From Trichomonas gallinae (taxonomy: Eukaryota): DNA of 48,049 bases. The stretch is from positions 1-48,049 of the forward strand of contig MRSU01010352.1 in assembly GCA_008369845.1 (NCBI GenBank). The letters run 5' to 3'. Position 1 is the first letter of the stretch. Each line of letters begins with the position of its first letter. Below the pieces are notes generated by a model, which saw only the letters and a program-made list of their open reading frames with translations, was not told the DNA's origin and did not search any database. A program made the translations under genes and the position numbers. Below, piece by piece: positions 1 to 10,863 of this stretch.

Positions 1-368
1 ATATCAAATAAAAACGACCAAAAAAATTGAATACGTATCGAAAAAGCTGTCTGACATCGAAAAAATGAGCAACAGTATGAGCGAAATAATATTGAGTCTT
101 TTTATTGATTATAGTTGAAATATCACATACATATACTGCATAGATACTATTAAATGAGCAGCAGCTTATGATTTCTAAAAAATTATTCAGAGCTGAATTT
201 GAAAGAAAAAGTATTCAATCTGATCGCCATTTTGCATTCACCAAAAGCAGTAATATGGATATTTAAGCCAAAAAAAGTCGACTTTACTCGAAATCGATTC
301 CTTGATATTAAATTAAAAGAATCGGGAGAATGGATTGTTAATCTATTTTAATTATTTATTTCATGTTT

Positions 369-506
369 ATTCGTAAAAATAATGGAGGCCATAATTATTC
401 CAGAAAAACATCAATTCTGAGAGGTTTTTGAAACAGATAATTTTTTATTTACTACTCATATATCACTAATCAATAATTCATAAAAATTAAGGAGGCCATA
501 TTTATT
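369..506 (+). repeat. 31-bp imperfect direct repeat (2 copies) upstream of the CDK-like gene
   Basis: 369-399 attcgtaaaaataatggaggccataattatt vs 476-506 attcataaaaattaaggaggccatatttatt: 27/31 identical, GC core GGAGGCCATA. Confidence 0.75.
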
Positions 507-520
507 TTATAAATCTTTAT

Positions 521-546
521 GTCACTTTTATTATTTTGTCACTTTT
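521..546 (+). promoter_or_regulatory. Two GTCACTTTT copies (reverse complement of AAAAGTGAC), each containing an Inr-like TCACT
   Basis: gtcactttt at 521 and 538, about 40-60 nt upstream of ATG 582. TCACT matches the trichomonad Inr consensus TCAYW. Confidence 0.55.
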
Positions 547-581
547 CATAATTATTTATCGCTGTCCTTATTTATTGCCAA

Positions 582-1613
582 ATGGACGCGCACAGTCCCG
601 GGAGGTATAATGCCTCAGCGCGCTTCCGTATAATCGAGAATATCGGTTCCGGAGCATACGGGAGCGTATTTAAAGCTTTTGATCAACATTCTAATCAGAT
701 TATCGCGCTTAAGTCGATAAGACCTTTTGACCCAAAAATTGGACTTTCACCCTCGTTCTATAGAGAACTCACAGTACTACAGACGTTCCAACACGAGAAT
801 ATCGTTAAATATTATGGTGTGTCAAGAACTCCTAATGACGTCTCAATTATGCTGGAATACTGTGAATCTGACCTTCAAAAACAACTTTCTGTTCAACCTC
901 GTCTTCAACCTTCCCAGGTGAAGAACCTTATGTTTCAACTTCTTAACGGTTTGAATGTGCTGCATGAGGCGGGCTTTGCCCACCGCGACCTCAAACCTGC
1001 AAACATACTAATCAAAAGTGGAAGAACACTTAAGATTACTGATTTTGGATTATCACGGCAGCTGAACTCAAGCCATCTCTCATCGAAGGTAGCGTCGCTC
1101 GCTTATCGTGCACCGGAGCTAATCCTAGGCTCCAAAGACTATACAACGGCAATTGATATATGGTCTGCCGGAATTATATTTTATGAGCTAGCTACCGGAG
1201 AAAAATTCCCATCTGCTTGTACGGACTTATCTCAACTGGACAAGATATTTAGAGTCACTGGAACTCCGTCGCCATCCCCTGATGACGATAACCAAACAGA
1301 TGGGGACTACTTTTGTCAACTTCCAAATTGGCGCCTTGCATCTATGCTCCATATTTATCCAAGAACGCTCGAGCAGCTTCTTAGAGATAAATTACCACCG
1401 GAGCTTGCAGGAGCCATATCTATTATCACATCCATGCTCAGCTTGAACCCAAGCAATAGGCCTAGTGCCTCAGAGCTATTGCGGAATTCTTTCTTCTCCA
1501 ATATGGAGGAGGCCCAACCACTGGCACTCCCGGAGATCCAAAAGGTGAACGAACTCCCGCTTATTATTACGCCGCCGATTCGTCCTCCACCCGTGCTCCT
1601 GGTGTGTAACTGA
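582..1613 (+). CDS. CMGC-group, CDK-like Ser/Thr protein kinase
   Basis: GSGAYGSV Gly loop, ALK, PSTAIRE-position helix SPSFYRE, HRDLKPAN, DFG, YRAPELILG, IDIWSAG. Pro-rich C-tail. Confidence 0.93.
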   Translation: MDAHSPGRYNASARFRIIENIGSGAYGSVFKAFDQHSNQIIALKSIRPFDPKIGLSPSFYRELTVLQTFQHENIVKYYGVSRTPNDVSIMLEYCESDLQKQLSVQPRLQPSQVKNLMFQLLNGLNVLHEAGFAHRDLKPANILIKSGRTLKITDFGLSRQLNSSHLSSKVASLAYRAPELILGSKDYTTAIDIWSAGIIFYELATGEKFPSACTDLSQLDKIFRVTGTPSPSPDDDNQTDGDYFCQLPNWRLASMLHIYPRTLEQLLRDKLPPELAGAISIITSMLSLNPSNRPSASELLRNSFFSNMEEAQPLALPEIQKVNELPLIITPPIRPPPVLLVCN

Positions 1614-1787
1614 CTTCGTGTCATTGCCTTCGTGGCTATTGTGCAACAATTTTGGTGTCTGCTCGCTTTTCAGACTTCGTGTCTCAAGCGTTTAAACGCG
1701 GCATCAACCGCAGGTCGAGTACCTGCGCAGACTTCGCGTCTATTTAATTCTTTTTTTATCCTCATTTTGTAAGTAAGATCTTACAAA
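1611..1787 (+). other. Structured GC-rich hairpin array beginning at the CDK stop codon (putative cis-regulatory RNA element or ncRNA)
   Basis: TGAC-TTCGT-GTCA (1611-1623), GCC-TTCGT-GGC (1626-1636), AGAC-TTCGT-GTCT (1672-1684), AGAC-TTCGC-GTCT (1729-1741). Also CGCAGGT-CGAGT-ACCTGCG (1709-1727), ATTGT-GCA-ACAAT (1638-1650) and TTTGTAAG-N6-CTTACAAA (1766-1787). Confidence 0.65.
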
Positions 1788-2299
1788 CTTTATTAAACAC
1801 TTTAGTTTAGAAAACGTTTATTTTTATAATCTATAAGCAAAAAAGATAATTTATTTGGTTCAATAAAATAATCAAAGAAGAATGGATTTGTTATATTCCA
1901 ACATTAACAATATGATGATATATATGTAATCCTTGATTATATTTCAGGAAAAATGAACTTCAAATAGAAATTTGATGATTTTGGCCAATTTTTAATACCT
2001 GTAAAACAGCATCTCATTAGTCGATAAGCTTACATGTTTTGCATCATATTAATTTATTAGAATTTATCTAACATCCTTTATTTGATATTTGAATCAAATT
2101 TATCGAAAAACCCATAGGCAATCTAAAGATTGAGTCAATTGAATAGGGCTGCAACATTGGAAGATTTTGGGAAGGAAAATTTATTAACTATTAGTGTTAT
2201 GCATGTATAATACACAGTTAATTCCATATTAGTTAAATTTCAATAGATATTTAATATAAATACATGTTTAACTAATAAATAACAAATAAAAAATCATGA

Positions 2300-3358
2300 T
2301 TACTCCGCATCAATTTTGATAATTCTTGCTTGAACGGGTGTTCTCTTTCCTCCCATGACGGCAACAGGGAATGTTATGCATGGCTTCTTTCCGATGTGAA
2401 CTTTGACAATCGTTGGCTTTTTGATTATTGGAATCGTTTTATGAAGCTCCATTATGTTGCTTGGTTCGCTTCCCAAGAAGACCATATTGGATTCCTTCAT
2501 CTCTTCATCAATATCAAACTTCTTCTTCTCAAAATCATGAGCAATGTATAAACTTTCTGTCAATTTCTTGTATTCTTCTCTAATCCATGGATGGTTGATG
2601 ATTTCATTCAGTGTTATCCTTTCCGATGGATCTTTGACAAGCATTTTACGTATCAAATCCTCCAAACTCGCAGAAAATTTCTTCGGAGTATCAAAATCTG
2701 AGTACAAGATTCTCTGAGCGAGCTGCGTTGCATTCTGGCTCTGGAAGGGAACATACCCTGCATTGATAGAAAACAGGATGATGCCGATGCTCCAAATATC
2801 AACAGAGTAAGAATATTTGACGCCTTTTATAACTTCTGGTGCGCAATACAAAAGTGAGCCGCACTGAGTCGACAAAAGACTGTTTTCCTGTATGAGTTTT
2901 GAGAATCCGAAGTCTATGAGCTTGATGTTCCTATTGGCGTCGAAAAGCATGTTTTCGAGCTTCAGATCGCGATGAACGATCTTGCAATCATCGTGAACAT
3001 ATTTCATGGCTGCTAGGATCTGCGCGAACATTTTGGCAGCGTAATTCTCGTCTACAGGGCCATTTCTATTGAGGAAGTCCAATAAAGTGCCATTTGGAAT
3101 GTATTCCATGACAAGATAACAATTTGTTGCGGATTCGAAGACGTCGTAGATCTTGCACACGAATGGATGGTTCATCTTCTGGAGTATTTCTATCTCGTTC
3201 TTGAAGTAAGTCATATAGTTTTCTTCTGAGGTTTTTGGAAAGATTTTAATTGCAACTTTGGTGTTTGTTGGCTTATGGATGCCTAAATAGACTCTGCCGA
3301 ATCCACCTTCTCCTAGGAGCTCTTTGATAGCATAGTTCTTCATGAGCTCTGCTTCCAT
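2300..3358 (-). CDS. CAMK-group (AMPK/MARK-like) Ser/Thr protein kinase
   Basis: GEGGFGRV, VAIK, HRDLKLEN, DFG, CGSLLYCAPE. Start moved to ATG 3358 (MEAELMK), which follows an Inr TCATT on the minus strand at about 3372-3368. Confidence 0.92.
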   Translation of the reverse strand: MEAELMKNYAIKELLGEGGFGRVYLGIHKPTNTKVAIKIFPKTSEENYMTYFKNEIEILQKMNHPFVCKIYDVFESATNCYLVMEYIPNGTLLDFLNRNGPVDENYAAKMFAQILAAMKYVHDDCKIVHRDLKLENMLFDANRNIKLIDFGFSKLIQENSLLSTQCGSLLYCAPEVIKGVKYSYSVDIWSIGIILFSINAGYVPFQSQNATQLAQRILYSDFDTPKKFSASLEDLIRKMLVKDPSERITLNEIINHPWIREEYKKLTESLYIAHDFEKKKFDIDEEMKESNMVFLGSEPSNIMELHKTIPIIKKPTIVKVHIGKKPCITFPVAVMGGKRTPVQARIIKIDAE

Positions 3359-5374
3359 AGAGGTAAAATGAAATCTTTTTGAATATTGAATAGTGCCTTT
3401 GAATTGAAACAACAGCATACCGGATGACTGTTCTATATCATGCTATATAATATTATTTGCACTAAATTTTACAAGTTTGTTCAAATTAATCACAATTTTA
3501 TCTCATTCAAACATTAAATTGGCGCATTTTGTTCATATAAATGCATTTAGTAGGATTTTATTGTCCATAATTTCAATGCATTATATTTCAATTCTCGAAA
3601 TTCTATGCAATTTTTTCACCATCTCATCAAAATTATAGTCATTTTAGAAGTTAAATCTCATATATAGATATAGATCATTATATTGATGCTGCCACATTAA
3701 CTTTTAAAATAAAATGAATGTTGTAGCATTGAATTTAGAGATACAGACAATTTTTTTGAAAAAGCTATAATTTTGGCCTCGATAGCGACAACCAATAACG
3801 CACAACTGATTTTAGACAATTTTTTAAAATTGAATTTGTAACCAAAATTTGAATGACCATAAAAATACTTGTAAATTGTTCATAATTCATATCCACATAT
3901 TTTTAAAATATTTTTATAATTTTTTTAAAAGAATTTTGTTATCATAATAATATATAAAAGTCATATATTAATATTTTCATGAAATATATGATTCGCACTT
4001 TTGAATGATGTTTGAAATAAATACATTCCTCCAAAACTTTATCAATACATTACCCTATACTACATCTATCTATATATAAATTTTATTTAATTTTAAAATA
4101 TTTTTAAATATATATTGATATAAATGAATATATCAAATATTTTTTGGGAATTTTAATATTCAAAACTGAATGAAAATAGAATTGAATGAATTATTCGAAT
4201 GCAGTATCAAGCAAATATTATCATAACAACGATATACATGCTATATAAGCACAAAATAAATTGAATAAGTGGTTCACACTTTTCAATGATTGAAAAATTG
4301 ATAAAATTATCGTATTTTATTATATTACAGTTTTGTGCTATGCATAAATATTGTTAGTAGTAGGCTATATGCAGGAATAAGAACTTATTTTATTGATTAC
4401 TCATAAAAAATAGCAAATTTGCGAATAGATTTTTATATATCGGATGATGATTATATTATTTATTGTATGTATTTATGCTCATTATACGCTAATTATATAA
4501 ATTATATTATTGAAAGTATCTAGATTTATATATTTCAATAGTTGAATTCTGATTGTCATTGAATTTCATACAATTATAGTTTACTACATGAACAGTTCGA
4601 CTTTATTTTAGTTAACTATATATTATCTTCATATCTTCTCCGGTAATTTTCAAATTAAGATAATTTGAAAAAAATGTTTTTTATAAGAACGAAATTCATT
4701 GCTTTTATTCAACTCACGATATATTATATCGATTTAAAACAATATATGGATCTGTTGGAGTACAAATCCAGGTAAGCAAAGATAGTTTTTATGCTAATAA
4801 TTTTAATTCAATTGACACATACACATTGCATTGTTGCATCCTTATGCAGATATTTTTGAATCTAAAGGAAAGGAGCGCAATAAGATTATATCGATAAAGT
4901 GATGACTGCATAGTTAACAGCTACTAAATCAGTTCAGTTTCTGTAACTTTCGATGTCCACTACTTTCTGTATGAGAAGATGATTTTGCAATGTAATTGCA
5001 GTAGCATAAATAATGCTGTTTAATGGTATCCTTATATGTCAAACAGCTAATGTAAAGTGACAAATTGGCAAAAAATTAATATTAATAAAACACTCTGAAA
5101 TTGATTGTTTTAAGCTTATATGTCAATATGTTAATGATTTATTTTAGTCGAATTTTGCTTAAAGCATGATGTAACTAAATATAATATGTAAATTTGTTTG
5201 AAATAATTTTTTCTACTAAATCAATCGATTTTCTGTTATTGGTGATGCGTGCACCAGATAAGTTGTGCAGATGATTGAATAAGACCAAGTATATATGGAC
5301 AACGAAATAACAAATCATGCAACCAAATAAATTTTGAATTTTGAATTTTAAAAATTTGACAAAATTATTTAAAA

Positions 5375-6400
5375 ATGAAGGAATACGACCTTATTGGATA
5401 TTTATATGTAGGCGTAGCATTATATTGCACGTACAATGTCTATACTGCATCTATAAACAACTACAAAAAGCAAAAATCAAGCATTAGCGATATAACATTT
5501 TTCGAATCTTTCTTTGTTACTCTCCAAAAACACAAAAGGAAAGAATCCAACATAATTGATATAACTATCAAGCTATGGCTAACGATTATCGGCTTCTTCT
5601 TATTCAGATGGCTGAGCTCCGAAGGCAAAAATTTCAACGTAGAAAAATTATTGATTCGACCATTGGAAATTTTGCCCGTTCTAATCACTTGCTTTACTGG
5701 TAATGATAGTATAAATTTCTACTTCAATTTTATTTATCTATATTTTATCGCAAAATACTTCGCTGATAAGATTTCGCAACTCAACATTAAACTGAAATTA
5801 CCAACACCAATACAACACGTCAAATTGTTTGCAGCTTCATTATTATTAATTTATATTTCTTTTGCAATCTTCTGTAGCTCTCATTTTGATCCCGTTTACA
5901 TACCGCTAATGGTGATGTGCTTCAAAGTTCTTGCTTTACATATAATTTTCCTCAATGATTATGAAACGCAAGGAAATTCAAAGGAATCTATGGTGAAGCA
6001 ACAGATATTAAACATCACAACCAATTTGTCTATACTAGTTACATTCGTCTTCATGTATGGTATTCCGTTTATCAGAGGTAGAAGAAAAGAAATAATTTTC
6101 GAACGAGGAATTCATATTTTCGCTGTTGCATTCACATCCATCAAGGAATTTTACGATTCTAGGACTATTAATCGACAGATTGATGATTTGCCAACTGTTG
6201 AACCTGAAGATGAAACAGATTTATGCATTATTTGCAGAATGGAATTCAGTAAAGCTCCAGTTAAGAGGCTGCCGTGTGGACACTACTACCACGCTGAATG
6301 TATCAGCAAATGGGTAATAAGTCACAGAATATGTCCTATTTGTAATCAAAAAATTGATTGCAGCAAAGATGGACATCATCATGATCATGACCATGAGTAG
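5375..6400 (+). CDS. Multi-pass membrane RING-H2 E3 ubiquitin ligase (Hrd1/synoviolin-like architecture)
   Basis: Several hydrophobic segments followed by CIICR...LPCGHYYHAECISKW...CPIC (RING-H2). His-rich tail HHHDHDHE. Confidence 0.85.
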   Translation: MKEYDLIGYLYVGVALYCTYNVYTASINNYKKQKSSISDITFFESFFVTLQKHKRKESNIIDITIKLWLTIIGFFLFRWLSSEGKNFNVEKLLIRPLEILPVLITCFTGNDSINFYFNFIYLYFIAKYFADKISQLNIKLKLPTPIQHVKLFAASLLLIYISFAIFCSSHFDPVYIPLMVMCFKVLALHIIFLNDYETQGNSKESMVKQQILNITTNLSILVTFVFMYGIPFIRGRRKEIIFERGIHIFAVAFTSIKEFYDSRTINRQIDDLPTVEPEDETDLCIICRMEFSKAPVKRLPCGHYYHAECISKWVISHRICPICNQKIDCSKDGHHHDHDHE

Positions 6401-7018
6401 AATTTTCAGATATTTGATGTTTTCTAGAAATGGATGAAATACGTGATGAAGTTTGGCTCAAAATATTGTAAGTACAAATATTATTAGAACATTATTAGTT
6501 GAAAATGTGACTTGCTTCCATGAATTCATTAAATTATTTGAATTCAAAATACAAATCAACAAATCCAATTACACGATCGTAGAGGTAGAACATATTGTAT
6601 ATGATAAAGAATATAATTGTTCAAACGTGTTCGATTTTAATAAATTTAAAGTGAGATTTTCAAAAATGTAAATTTTTGCCACGAGCAGCTGTTATATATC
6701 ATACACTGGTCGTAAAGATGCGAATGATGGCAATGAAGCTGTCAAAGCGTCTTTTATTTTTCAAAAAAATATCAATTATTTTTTCATATCATTTTTTCAT
6801 GGTTTTAGGAGCTTAAGAATGATGTGCATCATGATTTTAATTTAATAATTCAAACAATAAACTTTTGAGGAAAATTTTTGAAAAAATATTTGAATAGTTT
6901 ACGATTATTTAAAATTTTTGAATCAAATTTACTTTCTATAATATAAATATTTTAAAAACTAAAATTTTTGAGTCGAGTTTACATATCGGTTTTTATTTTT
7001 TCAACAAATTTTTTTTTT

Positions 7019-8137
7019 ATGAATCAAGTGGCACTGCCATTTGAGATTCATGACTATACACTACTTGAAGAGATCGGGCATGGTGCGTTTTCTACTGTTT
7101 ATTCTGGAAAGAAAAATACAAGTCCAGATTTAGTGGCTATAAAAGTTATTGATATTCAATTAGTTGAAAAAGACGGCGACAAAGAAAGATTACAGAGAGA
7201 AATTGATGTGATGGCGTTATTAAAGCACGAAAATATCATCCAATTGCATGATTTCTTCTCTGACGAATTTCGATTTTTCTTAGTTTTAGATTACTGCCCA
7301 GGTGGTGACCTTTATTCGATCATTTCTCAGTCAAAGCATTTCCGTGAAACACAAATTGCTTATGTTTTTCAACAGATTGTTTCTGCAGTTGGTTATTGCC
7401 ACAATAGAGGAGTCGCTCATCGCGATCTTAAACCACAAAATGTGCTCGTTACTACGTTTCCTTACGTTAAAATCTCAGATTTCGGTTTGTGCGGTTATAT
7501 TTCAGATGATAAAAGAATGAAGACGTTTTGTGGTTCTCCTTTCTTCTCTGCGCCAGAGTGTCTCAAACAGGTACAGTATGATGGAAAGAAAAGCGATATT
7601 TGGAGTCTTGGCGTTATTTTATTCGAACTTGCAACAGGAGAGCATCCTTGGAACCCAACAAACACGCCAGTCATGATTAAACAGATTACAACAGCTAACT
7701 ATACTATTCCCAAAGGAATTAATCCTGCATTGGAAGATTTGATCAGATCTCTATTAAAAGTCCGTCCAAACGAAAGGCCATCCTGCGAACAGATTTTGCA
7801 GCATCCATGGCTCAAATTGGCGCCAGGAAACAGGAATTTCGACAAATCTCAACTTCCGCCTCTTCAGCAACAGAAATCAATCAACACAGTGATTAAAGGC
7901 ATAGACAGATCAGGCCTAAAGTCAGAACACGGTGTGTTTTCGCCGTTTCTGGGCCTTCCTGAAGAGCCTCCAGAAGAATCTCCGCCAAAACCAAGAATGC
8001 CACCAGGAATCGTGCAGAGATCGAGGTCCGGCTCGCAGATCAAGTCTGTGCAGGGCCCAGGATTCATGAAAATGGGAAGGACAACGAGAACTCCGACCTT
8101 CACGCATCGCCCAGCGAATATTCCGAACGGTCTTTAA
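7019..8137 (+). CDS. CAMK-group (AMPK/SNF1-like) Ser/Thr protein kinase
   Basis: GHGAFSTV, VAIK, HRDLKPQN, DFG, TFCGSPFFSAPE, YDGKKSDIWSLG. First ATG is at 7019. Confidence 0.92.
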   Translation: MNQVALPFEIHDYTLLEEIGHGAFSTVYSGKKNTSPDLVAIKVIDIQLVEKDGDKERLQREIDVMALLKHENIIQLHDFFSDEFRFFLVLDYCPGGDLYSIISQSKHFRETQIAYVFQQIVSAVGYCHNRGVAHRDLKPQNVLVTTFPYVKISDFGLCGYISDDKRMKTFCGSPFFSAPECLKQVQYDGKKSDIWSLGVILFELATGEHPWNPTNTPVMIKQITTANYTIPKGINPALEDLIRSLLKVRPNERPSCEQILQHPWLKLAPGNRNFDKSQLPPLQQQKSINTVIKGIDRSGLKSEHGVFSPFLGLPEEPPEESPPKPRMPPGIVQRSRSGSQIKSVQGPGFMKMGRTTRTPTFTHRPANIPNGL

Positions 8138-8599
8138 TGTTTATTTATTCTAAATTATTTCTATTTGATAACGATGTCGATATTTGCTCTGGAATTCTCC
8201 GAAATCTGTTTATTCAAAAAAACGAATTTTATATCAAACAGTTTGGCATTATTTCACAGTCACAGTCAACATAACTTTTCATTCTAAAACATATTTTATC
8301 ATGCTTAACATTATTAAGGCTATTTTTAAACCAAAAATAATTTTGTTTCGAAAATAAAATCGACAACTATATATTTTATTCTTAAAATTCAACATAATTT
8401 TCCCAATATTATGATTTAATTTACATACAATCCATTATATCTTTTATTTTAAATTTTTCAATAAAATATTTTGAGCATAAAAATGTTTGATATGATTTAT
8501 TTTGTATGATTATTAACTAAATCAAATAAAAATATTAAAAAAGTGAAATTACAGATATTTAACATCGATATGATATACTAATGAAATATAATACAACAA

Positions 8600-9865
8600 T
8601 TACTCGTCTTGGTTGAACACTTTGCTGATATTGTAGTCAATCAGCATGTGTGGGCAAGGAGCTCCAGTGCTGTCAGCGTGGCATGTCTTGCAAACGTTGT
8701 ATTTCCTGATATCGATATCCTGCGTTGTCACACATCTCTTGCAGAACCATCTCCTGCAGAAAGCGCAGCTGATTGGTTTAATAGCAAGGTTGAAAGCCTT
8801 TCCGCAGAGCATGCAGTCCTTAACATCGCTTGATGGTGTCCTGACAGGTGCAAGAGGTGGTGCATCTTTGCCAATCTTGAGGTCAATGGTAAGATTTTCG
8901 CAAACTTCGCAGAAATACTCCTGGCGCTTCATATTTGGAAAGACAATTCTGTATGAGTCAACTGAAGTCATAAAATCGACACCATGCTCGTAAGGAGAAG
9001 GCAAATCAACAGGAACTGACTTGATATTCTTAATTTGATAAAGAACAGGCGTAAGAATTGGCTTAATTGGTAAACCGATTAACACTGAATCGGAGAACAA
9101 CCAAATCTTTATGCCAACGACGCCTGATTCTGTAAAACATGATAATTGATCATTAAACATCAAATATCTCTGTTTTCCCTTGAGGTGGATGTTTGGAAAC
9201 TGCGCATCAATCTGTTCGAGTGTAGAATAACCCGATTTATTAAGTAATTCAATAAATGGATCACACATAGGTGAAATCTGGATAAAGGCAGCGACAGCAC
9301 CTGGCCTATCAAGGTGCTCGCGTGGTGTAACTTTAAGCAAATTGAACAATTGCAAACGATATCTTGGTAATCTTTCAACAGGCAGACGAAGGAGCTCCAT
9401 AACTGTCAAACCGATATTAGATTCGAAGTCGCGGAGTGTAGGCGATAAGTTATGATCGGATTTAAACTGAGCTTCTAAAGCTTGAATTCCGGGTAAATAA
9501 TCATTAGCGTATTCAACGTAAGCCTTGAACAAAGTAACAGTGCTGTTGAAGCAATCACCAATTTTGCTTTGAGATATCTCGGATGCAATTGAGGATTCCA
9601 GTAATGTTAAAAAGTTGAGATTGAGTTTATAGATTGGAGCGATTCTCCTGAAGAGATTTTCAACTTCATCGGGGAAAATTTTAATTTTGTTGCTTTCTGA
9701 GGCTTCAGCTAATGCAACGCGAATTTCGAAAATGAAATGATATAAATGTTGAACGTACTGCTTTTCAGACCTCAAAATTTTGGCAATAATTTGCGCGCGA
9801 ACTGGGGCCCACAACTCGTCTTTCTCTGGGTATGGAATGTCCAAGTGATTGTCTTGTTCACTCAT
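8600..9865 (-). CDS. RhoGEF (DH)-PH-FYVE-like protein (FGD/frabin-type architecture)
   Basis: DH motifs ILRSEKQYV, FKAYVEYANDY and LLRLPVERLPRYRLQLFNLLKVTP; PH-like IWLFSDSVLI; C-terminal 8-Cys zinc finger CMLC..CAFC..CKRC..CKTC. Confidence 0.85.
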   Translation of the reverse strand: MSEQDNHLDIPYPEKDELWAPVRAQIIAKILRSEKQYVQHLYHFIFEIRVALAEASESNKIKIFPDEVENLFRRIAPIYKLNLNFLTLLESSIASEISQSKIGDCFNSTVTLFKAYVEYANDYLPGIQALEAQFKSDHNLSPTLRDFESNIGLTVMELLRLPVERLPRYRLQLFNLLKVTPREHLDRPGAVAAFIQISPMCDPFIELLNKSGYSTLEQIDAQFPNIHLKGKQRYLMFNDQLSCFTESGVVGIKIWLFSDSVLIGLPIKPILTPVLYQIKNIKSVPVDLPSPYEHGVDFMTSVDSYRIVFPNMKRQEYFCEVCENLTIDLKIGKDAPPLAPVRTPSSDVKDCMLCGKAFNLAIKPISCAFCRRWFCKRCVTTQDIDIRKYNVCKTCHADSTGAPCPHMLIDYNISKVFNQDE

Positions 9866-10341
9866 TTTTTTAATTTTTTATAAAACTGTCACTTTTGTAG
9901 TATTTTATTTCGATATCATTTTATTCTGGTTTTTGATTTTATTTTTATTATTTTTGTCTGCCATACATATTATTTTTATCATCAAAAATAGCGAATCAAT
10001 TTTCCGAATTGTATAATTATATTTTCATTGATATAAATATAATATTGGATATAAAATCTAATTTTCATATAAAATTCAATTTTACGCATTAATTCAATAA
10101 TCAAAATTTGAAAAATTGCTTTTAATCAAAAATAAACTGATAAATATATTACAAAATATAATTAAATATAAAACCAAGTATCAAAAATATATAATTCCAT
10201 TCATTTTTCTCAAATTATTCAGCCCAAAACTAAAATTTTTGCATATTTCAATTATATAGATTATTTATGGTTTATATTTCGAGTTTAAATTTTTTTCTAA
10301 AATTCTTTCCAATAAATAAACGCTCATTCTTAGTATTTTTA

Positions 10342-10863
10342 ATGTTTTTCATGTTTCAACTTTTAATCCTTCAAGTTAGATGCAACGAAAATGATTACTA
10401 CTATATATCGCATTATAAAGATAACACAGAACAACAAATGCGCATGAAATTTGTTTTATTCCAAAATGAAACTACTACAGATAACGAAACTGTCTCAGAT
10501 AATGAAAGTACGCCAGTTCCAACACCAGAACCATCACCAAGCAGATCAATATCACCATCTCCTAGTAGATCAATATCTCCTTCCCCGAGTAGATCGATAT
10601 CACCAACTCCTAGTAGGTCATTGTCTCCAACTCAGAGTAGATCGCCAAGTATTTCACCTTCCATATCTATAGCTGCAACAGAAAATCCTCTATCTTTCAA
10701 TTTGCTGAAAAATACGAACTTTGCACCAGAATTCACTCTTTATATAGTGATTTTCGGTGCAATAATGATAGTTGTATTCGTAGCCATCGTTATATTCATA
10801 TTTCCACATATTCAGGAAGAAATTACTCCTCTTTTATTTGACGATGATGAAACATTGCTATAG
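10342..10863 (+). CDS. Small single-pass membrane protein with a Ser/Pro repeat stalk (mucin-like)
   Basis: Hydrophobic N-terminus, SPSPSRSI repeats, TM segment LYIVIFGAIMIVVFVAIVIFIF, acidic dileucine-like tail. Inr TCATT at 10324 supports ATG 10342. Confidence 0.75.
   Translation: MFFMFQLLILQVRCNENDYYYISHYKDNTEQQMRMKFVLFQNETTTDNETVSDNESTPVPTPEPSPSRSISPSPSRSISPSPSRSISPTPSRSLSPTQSRSPSISPSISIAATENPLSFNLLKNTNFAPEFTLYIVIFGAIMIVVFVAIVIFIFPHIQEEITPLLFDDDETLL
10531..10668 (+). repeat. Coding tandem repeat, about 24-bp unit (PSPSRSIS)
   Basis: About 5 degenerate copies visible in the translation, with divergent synonymous codons. Confidence 0.8.

Noticed and set aside
1611..1741. SECIS element or CRISPR-like repeat-spacer array
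   Set aside because: There is no AUGA/GA quartet with an apical AA. The repeats are only 11-13 nt with irregular spacing, the context is eukaryotic and there are no cas genes.
3420..5370. Long AT-rich gap with a slightly GC-richer patch at about 4745-5060
   Set aside because: I could not identify an ORF, terminal repeats or an RNA fold.
6453..6671. Intergenic short ORFs (also 33122-33316, 34979-35164, 39273-39467, 44114-44299)
   Set aside because: Low-complexity AT-rich translations, mostly TTG starts, with no motif support.
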